From Atractiella rhizophila (Eukaryota): a stretch of 49,488 nucleotides of DNA. The notes below the pieces were generated by a model. That model made no database searches. It was not told the DNA's origin and saw only the letters and a program-made list of their open reading frames with translations. The stretch's first letter is position 1. Each line of letters opens with the position of its first letter. Positions 10,636-22,591 of the stretch are shown here, in pieces. Location: contig MU271343.1 of NCBI GenBank assembly GCA_021432655.1, positions 36,360-85,847 on the forward strand. The letters run 5' to 3'. The translations under genes were made by a program, and so were the position numbers.

Positions 10636-11909
10636 ATGGCCAATTTGCTTGTCTACATGAATGCTGCCGAAGACCAGCTTAAACGTATGGGTTTTACACC
10701 CGAATCGGCGAGGATGGCTTCACGAGAGGCGATGGGAGATATCGATCGAGCCATTGAGATTCTGGCTGGCGTAAGTTTCTACCCTGCTTTGCCTGGATTG
10801 TGAATAACGAGTTTTTGTTTACAAAGAAACTTGATGATGAAGGTGTCTCTGTGAGAACACCTTACTCATTGGCGCCGATGATCTGAATCTGGCTGCAGCA
10901 CAGATTTGCTAGGCTTCAACTGGAGGAACAGCGGCAATTTCAAGGTGGCCCGATCACCAACATGCCCCGAGAAATTCTCCTCATGATTTTTGAACATCTA
11001 TACAATTCCGTTTCCACCGAAATGGAACATCGGTCTTTTATCTCAACGAATCGAGTCTGCAAATCTTGGAGGCCATTGGTCGAGACTTTATTTCTACGAC
11101 ACGTCGTCGTAACATACAGATGCGACGGTTACATGGCCCAAGGAGAAATATCGTTCCAGAAGTTGGAGAAATTAAGGAACAGAGAACTGTTTAGTCGAAC
11201 TCGCTATCTGACAGTGGAACTATGGCGCGATCATATTCCTACAACTCTCAAATACTTCTCGGCTGAAACTCCTCAGCTGAATGCTCTTTCCATTCGTAAC
11301 GACGGCTCTGCAAATACTTTCAGGCTGCGCTTTCGCGTCCTTCGGAGCTTCACAATGATTAAATACCTCGATCTTTACGGAATCTCCCTTCAGATCCACC
11401 CACCAGAATTGATTATGTTGAATCAACTACAACATCTTACACTCACAAGTTGTGAGCTCAATCTCGGCGAACTCGACTTAACTGCGACCAAGGATGATAG
11501 GATCACTTTCAAAAATGTGAGGACGCTAGCCCTCAACTCTTACTTGGCGGTCGTGAGCAGAGATATATCGTTTTCGCGACTCCTCGACGCGCTTTTTCCG
11601 GGTCTCGAGAAACTTGTTTTTCCAGAAGCTGTGGAACTGAAACTAAAAAGCAAACGAACAGAAAGAACATTTCTGCCCTTCAAAATCGAATCTTCAGCTT
11701 CTCTGGGGGACCTGAAATGGAGATTGCAATCCGACCGTGAATTCGATTTACTTTCGGAAAATGGATTACTAGATTTTTTGGCTTCACCACACTGTTTGAA
11801 GGAGGTCGTCGTGCCGAGCTCGACGAGGAGGTACCCTCAAGATTTCATGAAACTTTGCGAGGACAGGAAAATCAAGGTTGTCGTTCATCAAGAAAGGCAA
11901 CCGACTTAG
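10636..11909 (+). CDS. UBA-like + F-box-like + LRR-like protein, copy 3 (diverged); in-frame TGA at 10884-10886 unless 10851-10898 is spliced
   Basis: Exon 1, 10636-10770, reads MANLLVYMNAAEDQLKRMGFTPESARMASREAMGDIDRAIEILAG. Intron 10771-10826. F-box ITNMPREILLMIFEHL...RVCKSWRPLV, then an open frame to 11909. Confidence 0.7.
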
Positions 11910-12197
11910 GTTCCATATCGTAGCGCTCAGTCGCCGTCATTGTACCGGTTGTGCTCAATCTACAGTGGTACGAGTATTCTCAGTCAGTTGACTGACAACG
12001 AAGTTTCCTGTTTCTAACTGACGATCAAGTACGAACTTGAACGGAATTTTTACCATAGCACTTTATTTCCCGAAACATTTATGTCACGAATGGACGCCTA
12101 GACGATCACCTAGTGAAGTGGATACATTAATCCAGCACTTATTACTCACAATTTATAATCTTTCCCCGCCGCAAAGGTTACTAACAGTTTTCCATTT

Positions 12198-12460
12198 ACA
12201 CCAAAATACACCAAAATTTAATCTGTGATTTCTTGCATCGCTTGTTACTCAAATTTCCACACCAAAAATCACCATCACGCTCAGCCTTTAATAATTTATG
12301 CTGCCACCAAAATTTGTTCCTCAATTCACACACCAAAAATCAATTTTACTGATAATTCACACTATTGCCAAAATTCGTAGTCGTAAATATTATCGTGCTC
12401 CACTTTTTACTCAAATTTGATAGCGCTCACTTACAATCAATGTTATTATTACCAAAATTC
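12198..12460 (+). repeat. AT-rich cluster of same-orientation (C)ACCAAAAT / ACTCAAATT motifs
   Basis: Copies at about 12198, 12208, 12259, 12305, 12330, 12367 and 12451, plus TACTCAAATTT at about 12246 and 12408. Confidence 0.55.
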
Positions 12461-13698
12461 ATCGTCCCTGAACGTAGTCGGTAGTGGGTGTTTTCTGGAA
12501 GGGGAGGCGTGAGAATGTCTTGTAGGTCAACGGTAGGGAAAGAAATGAGCTTGTTGCAGGGTTGGAATGAATTTGTGTGAAGACGGGGTTTCTAGAACTG
12601 AGGAAGCGATGGCAAGGACGGGAACATCATGGCTTTCTTGTGTATTTGCTGTGGAAGGTGTGTATGTGTCACCAACCATTGAGATGACATTCTTCCGTTC
12701 CATCTGCCCCTCTTGAGAGACAAAGCTGCGACTTCCATCCTAATCTAGTGTTTCCATGAATCTAGCTCGTTCTCAGGTACAGGCTGACCAAAGAGCAGCA
12801 CAACACCAACATGCGTCACCGGAGATCCCAATCCATTGCCAGTGAAACATGAGGAGAAGTGGAAGCAGATGCGCTCCTTTTCCACTTGGACTTGAGATCT
12901 TGAGAAGTTTATAGTTCATTAAGAATGCTATGTACTTTTATTTCTGGCATGTTGGACGCGACGCGTTAAACCTTGACAAACAGATGGAGTTTGATCATGA
13001 TATGCTCCTCACAGCGGTCCACCGCTTTGATGAAGGCGGAGGAAGACATCCCGCTCTATAATTTGCTCAATCATTCCCAGCTGAAGGCTTCTAGAAGCCT
13101 TCCAGTCTTGACCATATTAGGCAATTCGTGGGTACGTGATCTTCGTCCTGCAAGGGGCAGACAATGATTGTCCTTTTGTCCCCAAATCTGGTTGAGTTAT
13201 GACCTCCAGCCCGACAAGTTTGCAGATTGGCGTCGCATTCAAGTGGCTTCGTTGCCCTGATTAAACTGCAGGACAGCTCATTTGAAAGAGCCACAAAGCA
13301 GGAAGAAGAGAAAAAAGTGAGATTGTATATGTCCAGCCCTGTGGAAGCTCGAGTGAACAAAGGGAACTTTGAACTTTAACTTCCCGATCCGTTCAACAGA
13401 GCCTAGGCACAACCACCACCTCCAAAGTAGCACCTTTACAGCCGAGCATTTCGCCTTTGCGAGTGTGCCCAGCGTCGCGGCGGCCTCAGCGCACAGTACA
13501 GCGGGAGGGAAGGACGTCGGTTTCTTGGTGTTATAACTATTTGTTATTGGTCAACGCGAGAGGCATCCATCGACGGAAGGAAAGGTAGTCAACATATTAT
13601 TGGTCTTTGAAACTCGTTCAATTTGTTACAGGTGCGCTCTTTATTTCTTTTCAAAGTAGTCGAGCGTAAGAGCGGACTTGTGGTGGGATAACAGTGTG

Positions 13699-16600
13699 AT
13701 GTTTAAACGTCGTCCCCAGCCTTCACATTCGACCTCTTCTCCCTCCCTCTCATCCCTTTCTAACCCCTCCCACCCACACTCACATCCCTCACATCACTCC
13801 ACCTACCCAAACGATTTCACAGGTCATCCTCAGATGCAATTCTTCACCAGTCCGCACTCACACCTACACTCCAACGGTCATCCCTCTTCGCACATTTCTC
13901 CCACCTCTACTCCTTCAAAACACCCCTATGCCAACGGAAACGGAAACGGCAACGTCAATGGGAACGGCAGGGACTACTTCTCCGACGCCAATTCGTATCC
14001 GCAGAATCAAGGTCAGGGACATTCGATGCAGTTGACGAAGAAGCAAGCGAAGCTGTTGGGAGTGGACAGCGTGCCGATCGACAACGAAGGTTCCCCTATC
14101 CTCGGCTCTGGAGCATCTACCTCGTCGCAGAGGACGAACATGAATGGGAAGAGGGAGAGGGAGAGGAGCGGAGATGGAAGGGTCGACGGAGCGCCGGTCG
14201 GATCGAAGCAGGCGGCCTTGTTGGGTTTGTCGGACGAAAACCTGACCCCAAAGAGACGGAACGCACATTCTCCTCTCCCTCCTCTCCCTTCTCATCCCAT
14301 CAATCACTCAACTCAAACCCACCCCACATCGAATGATAACAAGGATCAAGAATTCTTCAAGCGCTCCGCACCCGTCGGTTCGAAACAGGCTGCTCTTTTA
14401 GGGATTACCGAGGTGTCGGAATCCAGCTCAGCCACGTCTTCCACTGCGTCCCCGACCGCATCTTCAGAGAAGGAGAGGGAGAAGGAAAAGGAAAAGGAGA
14501 GAGACAACTTGATACCGCCGATGGAGAGCTGGCTGAATTTGACGGATGGCGAGGGAGAGCCATGGGAGACGGACCTGAATATGAGCTTGAGCGCCAGTCA
14601 GAGCCAGAGGAGCCTCGGGACCATGGGTTCTTCTGCGACTGGAGGAGTCGGATTAGGTCTGATGGGGATGGGCAGGGAGTACTCGGAAAGCAGATTGGCA
14701 GAGGGGAGGAATCAGGAGGAGCTGGAATCCATTGTCCCATTTCTGTACCAAAATGAAAGTGTGCGTCTCATCTTCCTTCTCTTTCCTCCACCGAGCTACC
14801 CTGTCATAGCCACCAAAACTTGGTATTGACAAAGGTGTCCATTAGGAAATCCACACCCTCGACGTCCAGAGGACGCCAAAAGAGAAAGAGCGGGACCGCA
14901 AACCATCATTCGGGATGGTGAACCCCTTTGGACGCGGCACCAAGTCCTCGCACAACCTGAAACCATCACCCCCCGTTCCATCTCTCTCCAACTCCACCAC
15001 ACCGACACCGTCTATCCACACCAGGTACAGGACGAATGACTCCCTCGAACTCGAACATCGACCTCTGTTGCCGCCCATCCAGCCGCTTTCAGGGGTAGCG
15101 GAGAAGGATAGGGAGAAGAAAAGCGGTCTTTGGGAAAAGTTGAGAGGGAAGAAGTCAACGGGAGAGCTGAAAGAGTTCGGGAAGCGTGGAAGCGGGAGTA
15201 CTGATTCATCCTCCTTTTCTCCAACCTCTTCAATTGCCACCACGGCGAGCGGGAATGGTGGTGGGAAGAAGAAGGGAGCCTTAGGAAAGAGGGTGAAGAA
15301 GACCTTCACCGGTCCAGGTCCCGCGTCCCAGCTCTCCTCCTTCTCCTCCGTTTCCGCTTCCGCTACGCAATCTGCGCAATCTATGACTTCCTCAGATTTC
15401 ATAACTGGCGAAGAACTTGCTAACGGCAGGCTTGAACTCGACCTTGAGGGCGTAGTTGCTCCGGAAGCCCTCAAGGCGATGGGCGGGATAGCATTCGGCG
15501 TGCGCAACAACTCCATCGTTTCTTCCCATGCCCCTTCAGATACCTCCTACTCTCGCAACAATTACAACATGTGGACCGGCGAGCCTGGATCTCCAAAGGG
15601 TCTGAGAGCGTACACATTTGGGACGGCAGGGGCTGGGAGGAGGACGAGCGAGACGTCACATTCGCCAACCAATTCGAGCTTGATCAATACCAGTCGGAAG
15701 AGCAGCACGATCGAAATCCCCCTCCCTTATGCAGGTAATAGGAAGGGTTCATTAGCCAGCGCACGAAGTGGGTTGGCCGGAGGAACGGGAGAGGAGAATG
15801 GGGCGGCTTGGACAGCTCCGGAGAGCTGGAATGTTCAGGCGGATGTAGGACAGCTGGCGGAGGCTGATGACGACGAGGGCAGCGCGGAATTGGAGAAGGA
15901 GGAGTTGGCGGATTTGAACGGGAAGCCCAAAGGGGAGAAGGACAGGGAAAGAGGCGCTAGTATGACGACAGGATCGAGCAAGGAGTTGAGAACGAGGCAG
16001 GGAACAAAGCCGGACAACAAACAGGTCAGTCGTCTTCTCCAAGAGCTAGTTCCATACTGATGAGACCATGTGGTAGACATACCGTTTCAGGGTCTTCCGC
16101 ACTGATCGTACCTTCGCCACTGTCACTGGGACACTCTCCTCTCCTACGTCCGAGTTAGCAGCAGCAGTGGGAAAGAAGTTCCTTATTCCTATCGGGCCTA
16201 ATTATCGCATCTTTCTAGTTGAGAAGGGGATAGGTCAGTCCTTATATTGCAGACTTCTTCTGTTGTTTACCAGATCGTTGCAGAACGCGTGATGGGACAA
16301 ATGGAACGTCCGATTGCTTTGATGAGGAAGAGGCTCGAGCAGGCGGGATACGAGGAGGAGGATCGGTTTGATGAACTGGGTAGGGAAGATCATTCGTACC
16401 TCACCAAGTTCATCTTCAAACCCGACACGACGCAAACGTTCAGCGGGGTACGTTTCCCTCCTTACGTTTTTCACAACCTCGAATTGTTGATTGTATGACT
16501 AGGCGAGCTTTGAGCAACCAGGCAAGACGGAGTACGTAGATCTATACGGCAAAGGGATGGAAACTCCCCCGATCTTCTTCTACAAGTGCGCGGCGAATAT

Positions 16601-19600
16601 CATCTCCCTCAACCTCGGGAAGAACCCTGGCCTCGATCTCCCTTCAGACTTTGTACAGCTCTGCATCAACTTGCACGAGCTGAACTTGTCGCAGAATGGC
16701 ATGAAGCGCATCCCTCAAGGCATCAAATTTGCAACTGGGCTGACCAGGTTGGACGTTTCGAACAATAACCTCTCGGAGCTTGATCACGTCCAACTCTATG
16801 AGTTGAAAGAGTTGAGGACGCTCAAGCTGCATAACAATAACTTGAGGGATCTGCCCAAGTACTTCGTTCGTTTGGAGGGACTCAAATTCATCAACCTCTC
16901 GAACAATCGGTTCGAAACTTTCCCCCCGGTTCTCTGCGAGATGATCAATTTGGTGGAACTTGATATTTCCTTCAACGAGATCGGTTCGATACCCGATGAA
17001 ATTGGCAACCTACAGAATCTCGAGCGACTGACAATCCTATCGAATCGATTGACAAGCATTCCCGCATCCTTTGCAAAGCTTGAAAAGCTCGAAGTTCTCG
17101 ACTGTCGCCGCAATTCCATCGCCAACGTCTCCTTCCTCTCCAACTTACCGTCTCTGCGGAAGGTCCAGATCGAGCACAATCCCATTACTTCCTTCGATAT
17201 CCACCTTCCCAGCTTGCGCGAACTCAGCGCCTGCCGCATTTCTACCATCAATTTCTCTCTCGCTTCAAAAGCAGAGAACCTGACGCAGCTGAACTTGTCC
17301 TGGTCCAAAATGGGCGGTCTGCATCCCGAGCTGTTCGAGATGACTCCTGCATTGGAAACCCTCGTACTCGATTACAATAATCTCAAATCATTGCCAGATA
17401 GTGTGAACCGACTTTCTAAGCTCGTCCACCTATCCTTCAAATCAAACCAGGTCGAAACAGTTCCGAAAACCATATATACGCTGCCAAGATTACAATGCCT
17501 CGATGCGTCCACGAACAAGATCGAGTCTCTACCCAACGAAGTATGGCTCTGCCCCATGCTCAAGACAATTCTCCTTTCTTCCAACAGACTGCACGAGTGG
17601 CCACTTACACCGATGGCACCCATACTAGATCCGAAGGACGAGACCAAATCAAAGCCTCGTAATCCTAACAAGCCTCCTTCGTCTGGAAATCAGCGTGTTC
17701 CAATGCCGCTCTCCTTGGTTCTCCGAAAACTCTCTCTGGCTGATAACCATTTCACCGAAACCGACCTCCCACTGCACCTACTTCCAGAGCTCGTCGTTTT
17801 GAATCTCAGCTTCAACGAATTATCCGAGCTTCCATCCTTGGGGAGGCTGACGAAGCTACAGGAGCTGTATCTCAGTGGGAATAAGCTGAAAAGCTTGCCC
17901 AGGGAAGATATTGAGAAGCTCGAGAATCTGATAGTTCTTCACGTCAACGGAAATCAGCTGCATGATTTGCCTGCAGAATTAGGGAAAATCAAAGGTCTAT
18001 CTGTTCTCGATGCTGGAAACAACGAGTTGCGATACAATATTGCCAATTGGCCGTATGATTGGAATTGGTTCGTAGCTTTCTTCTTCCTTATGCCCCCGAC
18101 TGTTGATTCCTAACTCTTTAACAGGAATTATAACCCAGAGCTGTGTTATCTGAACCTTTCCGGCAATAAACGTTTAGAGATCAAACCAAGCAGCAACACC
18201 CTAATATCTGATCCTGCGCCTGGCGGAGGTCGCAAACGCAACCTTGCCGATTTCTCAAGTTTGACCGAACTCGTCTCGCTTGGTTTGATGGATGTTACCC
18301 ATACGGCAGCATCCATCCCGGACGAGGCAGAAGATCGCAGAGTCAGAACCTCTTTGTCTGAAATCAACGATATGGCATACGGGATCTCAGATTCGATCCG
18401 TCCGGGTGAACAGCTCACCGTCTTGGATCTTGTGGTCCCTAAGTTCCGATCGCGGGAGGACGAGGCCGTATTTGGGATGTTTGACGCTTCGAGCGCATCT
18501 TCAGGTGGAGCAAGACTTATCAAGTACATGCTCGACTGCTACGCTGCCACTCTCATCTTCGAGCTCAGCAGGCTCAAAGGTGATGAGATGACATCGGAAG
18601 CTCTACGTCGATCGTTCATGAGCATTAATCGGGACTTTGGCAACATCCTCGTTTCCATCACTCCCGACAGTGCCACGAACAAGCGGAAAAATTCAGAAGC
18701 CAGCGTCCTCCCCACAGTTGCCGCTGCCGCTGGAACTGGGGCTTCCAATCCCCATCATGCAAGAGCTGGAGCTTCTGGGATCGTTATATACGTTCGGAAG
18801 AAGACTCTTTACGTGGCTCACTGCGGTGGTTGTCTCGCTGTGATCTCTAGAAGAACCGGTCCAGAACGCCTTTGTGAGAAACACGATCCTTTTGAACCAA
18901 AGGAAGTCGCGCGGATTCGCAAGTCAGAAGGCTGGATATCGCCAGATGGTACAGTGATGCCAGACCCATCTGGAACCGCCGATGAGATCCGGGTATCGAG
19001 GTCATTCGGCTTCTACCACATCTCCCCTGTCGTCAGTGCCGCTCCCGATGTTCTGATGATTGAGCTCGCACCAACGGACGAATTCATCATCCTGGCCAAC
19101 CAGACCTTTTGGGATCATGTTCATTACAAGCACGCTGTTGACATCGCCAAATCAGAACGACGGGATCCAATGCTTGCCGCCGCAAAACTGCGAGATGTAG
19201 CGATTTCCTACGGTGCCTCTTCCGCTGTCATGGTCATGGTCATCGCTGTGGCAGATCTCTTTAAGGAGAAATCATTCAACAGTGCTCTTTCTCGTGGCCC
19301 GTCACTGAACCGCGACGGCTATTACGGAGCTCATCAGGTGTCGAGACGCCGTGGCCAAGGAACTCGCCTCTTGGAGGAGAAAGTTCAAGCACCAGAAGGA
19401 TGGGTCGCTCTCGTCTTCACCGATATCAGGAATTCGACGATGCTTTGGGATACGAACGAGGGGACACATCTCGCGCTTCGCATGCATAACGATCTCCTGC
19501 GATACTTCTTGGATCAGTTTGGTGGATACGAAGTCAAGACAGAAGGAGATGCATTTATGGTCGCCTTTAGATCGCCCATCAGTGCTCTGCTTTGGTGCCT

Positions 19601-20558
19601 CACTGTTCAGCTGAAGCTCCTGAAGGAAGAATGGCCTCAACAGATCCTGAACAGTGAAGAAGGGAAGGAGGTATATGGCCCACGAGGCGAGCTCCTTTAT
19701 CGTGGTCTCTCGATTCGAATGGGGATACATTGGGGTCAGCCATTCTGCGAAATTGACCCAGTAACGAAGCGGATGGACTACTACGGCCCAATGGTCAACA
19801 AATCGTCGAGGATCTCTGGCAAGGCGGAAGGTGGCGAGATAACTATATCGAAAGACGCGCTTGATTACGTTCGCAGTAAATGTTTCCCCCTCGCTGATCG
19901 TGATAGCTTGCGGATGAGCCGGTTCGCAAACAGCTCAGGGTCGCACGGAGAATCACCTACAAATCCCGCTCCGGACAGCTCAAGTTCCAGTCAGTTCGAT
20001 CTTTTCGAGCAAAAGGACGTAGAAGCGATCAAATCCATCGGCTTCGGCATTCATGAGATGGGGGAAGTCAAGTTGAAGGGTCTCGAGCAAAAGGAAATTA
20101 TCACCATTCTCTATCCTAAAGAGCTTGCCAACCGGATTCCTCAAGTAGCTGCTTTGGAGAATGGAGATACAATCTCGGATGAAGTCGTCTTTGAGCCTTC
20201 GATGGATCGCCTCTTTCGATATGACGAGATCGTCGATCTTGCGCGACTTGTTCTCAGACTGGAGAAAGTCACATCCACCCTCTGCAGACGCGACACCTCG
20301 ACAGAGCTCTCCACACCACTGTCTCCAGGGGGGAGTGATTCTTCCCACCTTCTCATGCTTCACATCTCACCCGACGCCTCTGATTCAGACTTCGAGGTCT
20401 ATTGCAGGCACTTTATGGATCGTATCGAAAATTGTGTCAGCACACTGGCACTCAATCGAATGGCCAATGGCCAGGACATCCTTTCGATATTGGGTCAGGC
20501 TCTAAACTGTAATTCTTCCTCCTTGATAAATTCCCTAAAGCATTTATTTCACAATTAA
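13699..20558 (+). CDS. CYR1: Adenylate cyclase (fungal type: N-terminal region, Ras-association region, LRRs, PP2C-like, class III catalytic domain), multi-exon
   Basis: IVPFLYQ and WTAPESW motifs; a long LRR block (16557-18060) ending LRYNIANWPYDWNW; PP2C-like domain; catalytic motifs LVFTDIRNST, GYEVKTEGDAFMVAF, RMGIHWG and MDYYGPMVNKSSRI. Introns include 14761-14845. Confidence 0.97.
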
Positions 20559-20967
20559 TGCAGCCACGGTTTCACTTCTCGACATGATTTTGTCAGTTTT
20601 CAGTCCAGAATGTGCATAATTTCAGGTGTTTTAGTTTGGTGTTGCGTTTGCATTCGGGTGGTTTCGGCCTTCTGTTGTAATGTTGTCCTGAATATCTTAT
20701 ACGTACCCTAACCTCTTGCACTAAACCAACGAGAATGCCATTGATTACAACGTATCCATTTGCTCCTGCGCGATCTTCCCCAAGCTACAATCGGTGGTAG
20801 AACAATTTATCAACGCAGAGAATGAACACATGTGGTCAATTTCTACAAGGAGTCCAACTCCAACAGGAGCTAAAGCAAACAAGGACATCACGATGGCAAC
20901 AGTAGGTTCCGATGATGATGACATCGTTATTGATCCACAACAATTGTTCCCTCACCAGTCATCAATT

Positions 20968-22349
20968 ATGACTTTCCCGCCGAATCAGAAAGCAGTCTGG
21001 TTCACCAAAACGAGGCGGGAGCTTAGAGCAGTTCCCGTTTATGTACCAGAGGAGGGGGAAGTTTTGATCAAAAGCGTTGCTGTTGCGAGCAATCCGAAGG
21101 ACTGGAAAAGCGTCGAGTTCATCGAAGGATGGGAGAACGTCGAAGGAAATGATGTAGCTGGAGTGGTGGTACAGGTCGGAGAGGGCGTCAGTGAATTTAA
21201 AGTGGGAGATCAAGTGCGTCTCGTCTTTCTTCTTTCTAGATGCCATATCCTTCTTGAGCATTGCTACTACTTATTGCTGGAAATATGTTTTTCAAACGAA
21301 ATCTCAAACTTGTTCTTTCATCAAGACAAGCATTGCTTCTGACTCCTGTCAGTCATGATGCGGACGCACATACATGTCTGCACGTCAGAATATTTCTTTG
21401 AGAGCATCAGCGTCTTCCTGTTCTTTTCTCACCCTTCCATTTCCAGGTTGCATCATTCACCAAAATACGTGCACACACGAGGTACCTTTCTATCGCTTGC
21501 CCCTCCATCTCTGACTTGATTCCCTGAAGATACGGCGCGTACCAGCAATACACCTGTTCTCCCGTCAACACAACCTTTCACCTTCCTCCTAACACTACAT
21601 TCGAAGAAGCGGCGACTTACCCCCTAGCGTACATGACTGCATGCCTTGCCTTATTCCGCCGATTGGACCTTCCTACACCGTTCGACGATGTTGAAAAAGT
21701 AGACCTGCCTCCCGTGTTAATTTATGGGGCAGGTTCCAGTGTTGGTTCATTCGCAGTTCAACTGGCAAAGTTTGCTGGACTGAAAGTCATTGGAATCGCG
21801 GGAACAAGCAAAACGCTAGCTAAGGAACTCGGTGCAGACGTTGGCATGTCTTCTCTATCTGCCTGCTCTTGATACAGGGAACTGATTGCAGATAGCACAG
21901 TGATCGACTATCGTTCCAAGTCCTCTGATGAACTCGCCTCTGCCATCGCCTCAGCTTTCGAAAATATACCCTCCTCAACTCCTGTTCCAGTCTTCGATGC
22001 GGTCACCCAACCGGAGTCCCTCTCCCCCATTCTATCCTTCCTCTCCTCCCGTTCGGGCGGAGGAAAGATAGCGACGGTCCTTCCCTTGCCGTCAGACATC
22101 ACTTTACCTGCGGGAGGTAAAATAGATGTAGAGCAGACCAGAGTCGCTTTCGCACACGGAGAAGAAGCGGATTTTGCAAAGAGATGGTATGGCTATCTTG
22201 GAACGGGGACGCTGAAAGTCAAACCGAATCGGGTGAAGCTGATGCCTCGTGGACTCGCAGGCGTGGAGGAGGGCGTGCAAATGTTGAAGGAGGGAAAGGT
22301 TAGCGGCGTGAAGTTGGTTTATAGAATTGAAGAAACTCCTGGTTTGTGA
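20968..22349 (+). CDS. Medium-chain dehydrogenase/reductase, enoyl-reductase-like (YNL134C/ToxD type), multi-exon
   Basis: EVLIKSVAVASNPKDWK, GNDVAGVVVQVGEGV.EFKVGD, YGAYQQY, FEEAATYPL, IYGAGSSVGSFAVQLAK, KVSGVKLVYRI. Contains a GC-AG intron at 21844-21900. Confidence 0.9.
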
Positions 22350-22591
22350 AGTACAATGAAATTGATGTGTACCATCATTTCTTATCATCACAATGTATGG
22401 GTATATCGACGTGAGTAGTGTGAGTAGATCTTGCGGGTGAGGGGAGTGAGAAGCAAATGAGATGGTATTACACAGACTGGGATCCAGAAATCAGCCGATA
22501 TCAGAAGCACAGAGAACACAGAATGCAGAGGTACCACGAGCACGAAGTCTAATCAGTCAACAAGGCTCCACCAATCGAGCAGTCACAGGAA

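Noticed and set aside
10884..10886. TGA aligned with Cys in paralogs, suggesting selenocysteine
   Set aside because: Dikarya lack the Sec machinery, the site is in a poorly conserved linker, and splicing or a nonsense mutation explains it.
13915..20363. Many antisense and alternate-frame ORFs over CYR1
   Set aside because: Shadows of a long coding sequence with no independent motifs.
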